The position numbers were made by a program, and so were the translations under genes. From an uncultured Dehalococcoidia bacterium (lineage in GTDB: Bacteria > Chloroflexota > Dehalococcoidia > Lucifugimonadales > UBA826): a DNA stretch of 32,000 nucleotides. The stretch lies in the NCBI GenBank assembly GCA_964620395.1, contig CAZUHE010000002.1, positions 9,624 to 41,623 on the forward strand, written 5' to 3'. The notes beneath the pieces are model-generated. The model was not told the DNA's origin and ran no database searches. It was given only the letters and a program-made list of their open reading frames with translations. Position 1 is the stretch's first letter. Each line of letters begins with the position of its first letter. Positions 25,904-32,000 of this stretch are shown here, piece by piece.

Positions 25904-26839
25904 TTAGCAAAAATGAGGCATTATTTCGTTGGCGAAAATTTTCATATCTTCAAGATCCTGAAATCTTGGAAAAGTTGTGATAACAAGGTCAAATCCCAGT
26001 TCTTCCAGCTCTTCCAGTTGATATATAACGGATGCAGGATCCCCCGCGATTACCTGAGGGCTTTTGTCTTTACCGCCTGCTAATTCCAGGGCTTTGTTAT
26101 GGTCTTTATCTATATAGAATCTTGGAGCTATCGTTTTTCGTATATCATCATAGTTTCTTCCTACATCTAGACAATGCTTCTTTAGCACTTTTAATTTTCT
26201 CTGCAAATCTTTGGGATCCCTCATTACGTCATTCCACCAGTCGCCATGTTCAGCCACAATTTTCAGAGTCCTTTTCTCCCCTCCTCCACCTAACATTAAA
26301 ATCGGTTTCGGGTTTGGTCTGGGTTCGCAGTAAACATTGTCAACTTTGTAGTGGGTTCCCTCGAAATTTGCGGGACTGTCATGCCACATACTTTTTATAA
26401 CCTTTATCCCTTCTTCGAACATATCCAACCGAACAGAAGGCTTTGGATAGTTGAACCCATAGCTGAGGTATTCTCTCTCATACCATCCGGCACCGTATCC
26501 TAGGATCAACCTTCCATTACTCATGTGTTGCAGACTTGCGGTCATTTTTGCAAGCAAGGAAGGGTTTCGAAAAGAATTGCACATCACAACAGTTCCCAAC
26601 ATCGGACCAGGGTATCGTGCGGCCATCCATGTAAGGAGGGTCCAGCATTCCACTCTGAATTCTGATTGATAATTTAAGTGATCAGAAGACCACAGGGAAC
26701 TAAAGTTTTGTGATGCTATATCTAAAGCATGGTGGAGATCCGAGAGGTAGTCGGTAGGGTTGATTGTCTCGTACCCGCGATCTCCACAAGGAGGGTTATA
26801 TCCAAATTCCATTTTCTGTCCATTGGTTTTTTTTGTCAT
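25904..26839 (-). CDS. Luciferase-like (LLM class) flavin/F420-dependent oxidoreductase
   Basis: SSDHLN, ECWTLLTWMAA, LGTVVMCNSFRNPSLLAKM, NGRLILGYGAGWYEREY and PILMLGGGGEKRTLKIVAEHGDWWN follow the F420-type LLM pattern. The start is reassigned to ATG 26839, which overlaps the upstream stop as ATGA. Confidence 0.85.
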   Translation of the reverse strand: MTKKTNGQKMEFGYNPPCGDRGYETINPTDYLSDLHHALDIASQNFSSLWSSDHLNYQSEFRVECWTLLTWMAARYPGPMLGTVVMCNSFRNPSLLAKMTASLQHMSNGRLILGYGAGWYEREYLSYGFNYPKPSVRLDMFEEGIKVIKSMWHDSPANFEGTHYKVDNVYCEPRPNPKPILMLGGGGEKRTLKIVAEHGDWWNDVMRDPKDLQRKLKVLKKHCLDVGRNYDDIRKTIAPRFYIDKDHNKALELAGGKDKSPQVIAGDPASVIYQLEELEELGFDLVITTFPRFQDLEDMKIFANEIMPHFC

Positions 26840-28041
26840 TTTAACTTTCCTATGTCGATGCTTGTTTGTGATTTCGCATTTAATGTTTCGTAACATGCGG
26901 CGAGAGGATGGTAGTCTGTTTTGGATGCTGGGCTTTTTAGATCGTCATATTTTTTATTTTCTGAATCCAATATTCGATACCAGGCTCCATAGGTATGGTC
27001 CACCAAGTTTGCCGCAGAAAATTGCCACACTTTGTCATACCATTTCCAGTAATGTTTGTTGCCTGTTCTACAGGCCAGGAGGGCAGCCGAGGCGAATGTT
27101 TCGGAAAGTACCCAGTAGTAACGGTCAGTGTCTAGTATTTCCCCATCAGGATCAAATGAGTAGTTCATACCTCCCATGCGATCATCCCAACTTTTTTCTA
27201 ATGCTGTATCAAAAAGATATTGTGCCTTTTCAATCATCCAACTTTCAGATTTATATCGTTCCAGTATCAAAAGGAGCTTTGCCCACTCTGTAAAGTGACC
27301 CGGTAGATAGCCATAGGGTCTAAAAAGATTTTTGGGATCATTCTTGTTGTATTCCCAGTCATGAGTCCAGTCAGTTTTGTAGTGCTCCCATATCAACCCA
27401 CCGGATTTTCCGGCTAAATCAACACATATTCTTTTTGCCAGGATGTAGGCTTTATCGAGATAAAGCTGATCATCTGTAGCTTCAAATGCTGACAGCATCG
27501 CTTCACACATGTGCATGTTGGCATTTTGACCACGGTAAGGACTGATATCATCCCAGTTTTTGGGTCCTATCTCATCTACGTACAATTGGAATTCAGATTC
27601 CCAGAATCTAGTCTCCAAAAGCTGATATATTTCTGAACAAAGTTGTGCAGCTCCATCGATGCCCGTCTTTGCGGCCGCTGCCGCTGCTAGGAGAACAAAT
27701 GCGTGACCATAACAGTGGCGGGTTCCGTCTTCTACTTCTTTCCCTTGGAGTAGCCATGCAAAGCCACCATCGCCTTGGCGATGAACTTCGGTTAGGAATT
27801 GCAAACCGCGCTCTGCCTCGTGTTTGTAATCTTGGTCTTCCAATACTATGGAAGCAATTGAGTAGTTGTAGATGAATCGACATGTTCCAACAAGATGTTT
27901 CGTCATACGGTCGAACACGGAACCATCATCCCTTAACTGGTTGATGTAGCCTCCATATTCATTATCAACACAATTGGGATGATAGAAGGAAATTATGTCG
28001 GAGATGTGCTGTTTAAGAAAGTCATCATCCCGGTACGACAT
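26836..28041 (-). CDS. AGE-superfamily aldose-ketose isomerase/epimerase (YihS-like)
   Basis: 401 aa with CYGHAFVLLAAA, YRGQNANMHMCEAML, EYNKNDPKNLFRPYGYLPGHFTEWAKLLL and KTDYHPL. These are the (alpha/alpha)6-barrel AGE motifs and are closest, from memory, to the YihS-type isomerases. Confidence 0.85.
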   Translation of the reverse strand: MSYRDDDFLKQHISDIISFYHPNCVDNEYGGYINQLRDDGSVFDRMTKHLVGTCRFIYNYSIASIVLEDQDYKHEAERGLQFLTEVHRQGDGGFAWLLQGKEVEDGTRHCYGHAFVLLAAAAAAKTGIDGAAQLCSEIYQLLETRFWESEFQLYVDEIGPKNWDDISPYRGQNANMHMCEAMLSAFEATDDQLYLDKAYILAKRICVDLAGKSGGLIWEHYKTDWTHDWEYNKNDPKNLFRPYGYLPGHFTEWAKLLLILERYKSESWMIEKAQYLFDTALEKSWDDRMGGMNYSFDPDGEILDTDRYYWVLSETFASAALLACRTGNKHYWKWYDKVWQFSAANLVDHTYGAWYRILDSENKKYDDLKSPASKTDYHPLAACYETLNAKSQTSIDIGKLK

Positions 28042-28141
28042 AGGTTCACTCCAGATAAATTATCAGGTCGATCAATTTTATGAAAACGATATTAACAGAG
28101 GAATATTGACTGACCTAATAGTCTGGTTGTTTTTGGTAAAT

Positions 28142-29098
28142 CTATTTTGATATGTTTAAAAACTCGGCAGGATTGTTGATCATTATTTGGTCAATTGTTT
28201 GTTGCTCCACCGATCTGTCCAAAAGATCTGGTACCACTTTTATGGATATGAATTTATATCCATAAGGATTTTGTTTTTTTCGATCCGCCTCTTCCAGCTC
28301 TGGCCAAAATGCTGGAGCGTATATGGACCAATCATGACTCATAAACAGACAGTGTGAATATCCCGATTCTATTAGTATGGCCAAATTTTCTACACGGGCT
28401 TCAATGTTGGGAGATTCTCCATGCCTGTCGACGGGATACAGTTTGTCAAAAGCTACAAAGGCCCCGCTTTCGCAAAGTTTTTTCAAGTATTTGATATCTT
28501 TCGAGTCATCGGAATGTCCAATACAGACATTAGACAAATCAATTCCAAAGCCGTCGAATATTTCAAGTTGTCCAAGTCCAGTTTCCCCTTGGGCCCAGGT
28601 GTGGGTTGTGATGGGTGTACCTGTTTCCAGATGTGCTTTAGAGGCAGCACGAAACATCTTGTGTGTAATATCAGTAAATCCTTCAGATCCCGTAGCTACT
28701 TTAATTACGCCAGGTTTAATGCCACTGGTACCAATTCCTTGTTCAATTTCCCTTATAAATAATTTAGTGATTTCAATTTCACTTTGATTAGAAAACGCTG
28801 GGGTGATTTGAAAATAACATCCAGTGCTGCAGATAATGTTTATGTCGGATGCTTCAGAGAGAGCTAGCAAGAATTCTGGATCTCGTCCTATATCGTATGT
28901 GGTCGTGTCTATCACACTTCTGATACCTAGATCATATAATTCACGGAATTCTTTTTTGGCTTTTTGCAGTACAGTGTCGCGATGATTTATTTCGGGAAAA
29001 AGGTTTTCGAATCCCGGCGCTGTTTCAATTACATGTTCGTGAGGTAGAGTCCTGCCGAGTCTGTTTTTTTGCAGAGGGCCTTTAACCGTTATTATCAA
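28142..29098 (-). CDS. Phosphotriesterase-like lactonase / PTE-family amidohydrolase
   Basis: A complete binuclear-metal ligand set is visible: TLPHEHV, VIKVATG (carbamylated Lys position), ITTHT, IGHSDD, SHDW. TTG start with GAGGA 4 nt upstream. Confidence 0.85.
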   Translation of the reverse strand: MIITVKGPLQKNRLGRTLPHEHVIETAPGFENLFPEINHRDTVLQKAKKEFRELYDLGIRSVIDTTTYDIGRDPEFLLALSEASDINIICSTGCYFQITPAFSNQSEIEITKLFIREIEQGIGTSGIKPGVIKVATGSEGFTDITHKMFRAASKAHLETGTPITTHTWAQGETGLGQLEIFDGFGIDLSNVCIGHSDDSKDIKYLKKLCESGAFVAFDKLYPVDRHGESPNIEARVENLAILIESGYSHCLFMSHDWSIYAPAFWPELEEADRKKQNPYGYKFISIKVVPDLLDRSVEQQTIDQIMINNPAEFLNISK

Positions 29099-29367
29099 TA
29101 TGTCCTCACAATACTCTAAGGTTACTTGTTAAGTTGATTATGGACCCCCCATCCTATTAGATTGCTAGTACGATGTGCAAACTGGTGTAGCCTGATGGGG
29201 ACGGCTTCTCAATTAAATACGATTAGGCCACGTTAAGTGACATATCCCTGGGAAATGCGAGGACTGTGGAGGAGGTCTCCAACGTGTCCCTCTTGGTGGA
29301 AGCGGATAAGTACTACTATGTAACCGGAGTTCGCTTAAGTTCCTCTGGTGGAAGGCTAATCAGGCTA
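29099..29367 (-). other. 269-nt non-coding spacer/leader with an internal direct repeat and a 9-bp terminal inverted repeat (possible structured 5' leader or operator region)
   Basis: Stops occur in all frames, and composition is visibly less AT-rich than other spacers. Repeats are described under findings. Confidence 0.3.
29289..29354. repeat. Direct repeat CCTCT(T)GGTGGAAG x2 (29289-29302 and 29342-29354)
   Basis: Read directly. The copies are 13/14 nt, identical apart from one inserted T, and their starts are 53 nt apart. On the minus (transcribed) strand the motif reads CTTCCACC(A)AGAGG. Confidence 0.6.
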
Positions 29368-30654
29368 TTAAGTGAGTTCAGAAAGTTCCTTGGCGGGGCC
29401 CAAAAGCGGACACAAATCCTTGATATTTTGGCTGTTTCCGTCACGAATTGAGATGTTGGCCGCCGCTCCAATTAACATGGAAGCAGCCCCTTGTTGATGG
29501 CCTGCAGACCGTTGAAGATTCTTGTCGGACTCTCCTGTGAAAATGGATCTCATCATTAGAGGATCTGCACCACCGTGCCCACCTTTTTGCATGGGAATAT
29601 TTTCTTGGCTAGATTCTTGGAATAATTTTTGTATCGTAATGTTGGATGATCGGTCGTCTGAATACGATCCTTTTTTGGGTGAGGATCCAGTTCTTGTGTG
29701 GGAATGGTGAATCTCTTCGTAATGGAGACGGCCTTTTTCGCCATGAAAAGTTACAGTGAATCCTTCCATGGATGAGTATGCGACCAGAGAGTAACTCAAA
29801 TGTATTCCGGTTCGGTATTTCACGACTACACTCATCGTATCCTCGATATCAATCCCCTCGCTGAATACGTCTTGATTTCTTCGATATCCGTCATACGGCT
29901 CTGCATCCAAATATAATCCTTTTAATTGATCCGAGGAAGACAAGTCCAGTTCGAATGGGTTGTCTTCAGAAAGAGATCTGTATTCCTGTGCTGGACCACC
30001 TTTGTTTCCGTAAAAAGCCAGTTTTCCAATACCGTAAACAGTATCTGGAACAGAATTGGTCCACCAGTTGATCAGATCGAAATGGTGAGTCGCTTTGTGA
30101 ATTAATAGACCTCCTGAATTTACCTTGTTGCGATGCCATCTTCGGAAATAGTCAGCACCATGATCAGTATCGAGAAGATACTGAAAACTGACGTGATGTA
30201 CTGGCCCAATCGATTTCGAAAGTAGCTCTTTGACTCGACTGGCTCCGTCTCCCCATCTGTAATTAAATGCGACTCTAAGGTTGAGTCCAGTTTCATTAAC
30301 AGCTCTGAGTATATTGCTGCATTTTTCTGCGGATATTGTCATGGGTTTTTCTGTTACCACATTGCACCCTGATTCCAGAGATTTGATTATGTATTTGTCG
30401 TGTTCGGAATCAACAGTTGTAACGATCACAACATCAGGTGATTTTGATTTGATCATTTCATCAAATGCTTGTGAACTGAATCCCTGAACCTCAAAACCAG
30501 GTTTAAAGGAATTAACTCTGTCACGATGATAGTTAATTCTGTGTGGATTAGGATCACACAATGCTACTAATTCGTGGTCCGCATGATATTCATTTACCAG
30601 GGGATCGATGTAGGAGGTTGCTCTCCCACCTGTGCCGACAATGGCATATTTCAT
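29368..30654 (-). CDS. Gfo/Idh/MocA family oxidoreductase, long (428 aa) form
   Basis: MKYAIVGTGGRATSYI Rossmann N-terminus, EKPM motif, and a C-terminal GGHGGADPLM segment. AAGGAGA Shine-Dalgarno 5 nt upstream. Confidence 0.85.
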   Translation of the reverse strand: MKYAIVGTGGRATSYIDPLVNEYHADHELVALCDPNPHRINYHRDRVNSFKPGFEVQGFSSQAFDEMIKSKSPDVVIVTTVDSEHDKYIIKSLESGCNVVTEKPMTISAEKCSNILRAVNETGLNLRVAFNYRWGDGASRVKELLSKSIGPVHHVSFQYLLDTDHGADYFRRWHRNKVNSGGLLIHKATHHFDLINWWTNSVPDTVYGIGKLAFYGNKGGPAQEYRSLSEDNPFELDLSSSDQLKGLYLDAEPYDGYRRNQDVFSEGIDIEDTMSVVVKYRTGIHLSYSLVAYSSMEGFTVTFHGEKGRLHYEEIHHSHTRTGSSPKKGSYSDDRSSNITIQKLFQESSQENIPMQKGGHGGADPLMMRSIFTGESDKNLQRSAGHQQGAASMLIGAAANISIRDGNSQNIKDLCPLLGPAKELSELT

Positions 30655-30731
30655 GACCGTCTCCTTCAGTTTCAGTATTCCCCAATCATAGTCTACAATC
30701 AGAGCTCATCCAAATTTGCAAAGGAGCCGTT
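30655..30731. promoter_or_regulatory. 77-nt divergent control region between Gfo/Idh/MocA (-) and GH32 (+)
   Basis: Both flanking genes have strong Shine-Dalgarno sites (AAGGAG). A TACAAT -10-like hexamer sits at 30698-30703, and a CAGTTTCAGT repeat at about 30668-30677. Confidence 0.35.
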
Positions 30732-32000
30732 ATGGATCTCGATCAATTCTCTAAGGAAGCGGTTGAAAAACGTAAATCGATGGCTTCCGATCCCCATCGT
30801 CCCCAGTATCATTTTCAATCTCCTTCAAACTGGGTCAATGATGCTCACCCAATTTATTGGAACGGGGAATACCATATGTTTTACCTTTACAACCCTTACG
30901 GTGTTACCCACGGAATTGTTCATTGGGCCCATGCTGTTAGTGAAGACCTTGTCCATTGGAGAGACCTGCCCATCGCAATGTCTCCAGACACTGTCTACGA
31001 TAATGAAGGGGTTAGATCTGGTAATGTTTTTATTGACGATGATGGAATTCCTACTGCTATATACACTGGGACTGGTTTAGCTATGGGTCCGGGATGGCGT
31101 GGAAGAAAGCGTCAAGCAATCAGGCAATATGGTTTGATGGCCAAGAGTACAGACGGTATGGTGACATGGAAGAAACACTCCAAACCCATAATGACTGAAC
31201 CTCCTTATCCAGGAACTCGTACTCATCACGATGCCCAAATTTGGAAGGATGATGATACGTGGTATCAATTGGTTGGGGGTTCCTACCGAGGCAATGGGGC
31301 AGCTCTTTTGCACAGTTCTCAAAATCTTGAAGATTGGAAATATGTCGGGAGGATATTCACGGGCGAAAACGGGGATTATGGAGATCATTGGGAGCTGCCT
31401 TATCTGCTTCCTTTCGGATCTAAGCATGTGATGATCATAGGAATTGGTGTGGTTCCCTATTTTGTGGGTACCTATGATTCTGCTACTCATACATTCACGC
31501 CAGAATACGAAGGAATATTAGACTATGGAATAGAATTCTATGCCCCTAATCCTCACATGACTGATGACAAGGGTGTAAATGGGTCTGAACGTCGTCTTAT
31601 GGTTGGTTGGATTTGCGAACCTAATGAATCACCGGCTCCGTCAAATGGGTGGAATGGTATGTTTTCTATACCGAGAGTAGTCACATTGCTACCCGATAAC
31701 ACCTTGGGCTTTGAACCTGTTCCTGAATTGAAATCCCTTAGGAAAAATCACCGAGAATTTCACAATGTAAGTATTTCAGAAACTCCAAATGCTGAATTAA
31801 ATAATGTATATGGAGACAGTCTTGAAATAAAAGCGAGATTCGAGATTCCCGCTGATGCCGGTACAAAGGTCGGTTTTAAGTTGAGGAAGTCTGTTGATGG
31901 TCGAGAAGAGACTCGGATCATTTATGACATGACGACAGAAAGTTTGTTATTTGACCCATTGGATTCAAGTCTTCTGACGGGGCATGAAAGGATGCTTCAA
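30732..32000 (+). CDS. Glycoside hydrolase family 32 (beta-fructofuranosidase/fructanase-like), 3' end off-window; absent from the ORF track
   Basis: I translated frame +3 from ATG 30732 by hand. AAGGAG lies 5 nt upstream, and there are 423 codons with no stop to base 32000. RPQYHFQSPSNWVNDAHPIYWNGEYHMFYLYNP, HWAHAVSEDLVHW, VRSGNV, HWELPY and MVGW...GWNGMFSIPR are the GH32 blocks. Confidence 0.85.
   Translation, partial: MDLDQFSKEAVEKRKSMASDPHRPQYHFQSPSNWVNDAHPIYWNGEYHMFYLYNPYGVTHGIVHWAHAVSEDLVHWRDLPIAMSPDTVYDNEGVRSGNVFIDDDGIPTAIYTGTGLAMGPGWRGRKRQAIRQYGLMAKSTDGMVTWKKHSKPIMTEPPYPGTRTHHDAQIWKDDDTWYQLVGGSYRGNGAALLHSSQNLEDWKYVGRIFTGENGDYGDHWELPYLLPFGSKHVMIIGIGVVPYFVGTYDSATHTFTPEYEGILDYGIEFYAPNPHMTDDKGVNGSERRLMVGWICEPNESPAPSNGWNGMFSIPRVVTLLPDNTLGFEPVPELKSLRKNHREFHNVSISETPNAELNNVYGDSLEIKARFEIPADAGTKVGFKLRKSVDGREETRIIYDMTTESLLFDPLDSSLLTGHERMLQ

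Noticed and set aside
26840-26896. 19-aa extension of the LLM ORF (track start 26896)
   Set aside because: It would overlap the isomerase gene by 61 nt. ATG 26839 gives the classic ATGA stop/start overlap and a normal N-terminus.
26836-28041. Annotating the AGE protein as sulfoquinovose isomerase, and the locus as sulfoglycolysis or a sulfo-SMO-type desulfonation pathway
   Set aside because: The protein resembles YihS, but the window has no sulfoquinovosidase, sulfofructose kinase, sulfofructose-phosphate aldolase, sulfolactaldehyde reductase/dehydrogenase or sulfonate exporter. The coupled LLM protein looks like the roughly 310-aa F420-type subfamily rather than an SsuD/SmoC-type monooxygenase. 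This is too speculative to call.
29099-29451. tRNA/tmRNA, or the 61-aa ORF 29266..29451, in the long spacer
   Set aside because: TCCACCA-like strings occur twice on the minus strand, but there is no T-loop (GTTCRANYC) or cloverleaf. The 61-aa ORF overlaps the end of the Gfo gene and has no Shine-Dalgarno or family resemblance.
29368-30654. Calling the 428-aa Gfo/Idh/MocA protein an NAD-dependent glycosidase (GH109-like)
   Set aside because: Its size and its position next to a glycosidase are suggestive. It has no Tat/Sec leader, and I cannot verify GH109 catalytic residues by eye. The generic family call is retained.
30574-31080. 168-aa plus-strand ORF from the track
   Set aside because: It overlaps the Gfo/Idh/MocA start on the other strand and the well-supported GH32 frame. 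The sequence is hydrophobic and low in complexity, with no family motifs.
1-32000. CRISPR arrays, IS elements/MITEs, prophage, integrons, toxin-antitoxin or known anti-phage defence systems
   Set aside because: No regularly spaced repeats were seen. No transposase, integrase, recombinase, nuclease-NTPase or other defence-type proteins were recognised among the ORFs. The only repeat found is the two-copy motif at 29289-29354.

Overview
Gene-dense (about 31 CDS, roughly 90% coding), moderately AT-rich bacterial chromosomal segment. It is made up almost entirely of soluble catabolic enzymes. All family calls rest on motif recognition by eye; no alignments, HMM searches or folding were run. Layout by strand block: (1-2258,+) family III CoA-transferase (5' truncated), CitE-like acyl-CoA lyase, MsrB. 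(2274-5139,-) Cys-type sulfatase, MATE exporter. (5470-11645,+) a tightly packed unit of beta-propeller lactonase, three-subunit PaoABC-like Mo/FAD/FeS oxidoreductase and a second sulfatase. (11647-15680) SDR, Zn-ADH, and a GMC flavoenzyme with a gluconate-2-dehydrogenase-subunit-3-like partner. (15841-18270) a housekeeping interlude of pentapeptide-repeat protein, DgkA, cyclophilin and thioesterase. (18340-20693,+) SDR and xylulokinase. (20731-22579,-) ThuA-like plus Gfo/Idh/MocA pair. VanZ follows at 22633-23043. (23082-24824,-) MBL-fold hydrolase plus LLM oxidoreductase, divergent from a MaoC-like double hot-dog protein. (25904-30654,-) Gfo/Idh/MocA, a 270-nt non-coding spacer, PTE-like lactonase, YihS-like AGE isomerase and LLM oxidoreductase. 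This last block is divergent from a GH32 glycosidase (30732 to window end) that the ORF track misses because it has no stop in the window. I recognise no rRNA, tRNA, CRISPR array, transposase, integrase, phage gene or known defence system. I also recognise no transcription factor and no uptake transporter. The candidates for new biology are metabolic: (a) the lactonase/Mo-hydroxylase/sulfatase unit; (b) the GH32 / Gfo / lactonase / isomerase / LLM cluster, which reads as a kinase-free oxidative glycoside route; (c) two independent 3-keto-glycoside-type oxidoreductase pairs, both apparently cytoplasmic; (d) a repeat-bearing long leader inside cluster (b). Taxon cannot be fixed from the sequence. 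The enzyme repertoire resembles marine sulfatase-rich heterotrophs, but that is a guess.
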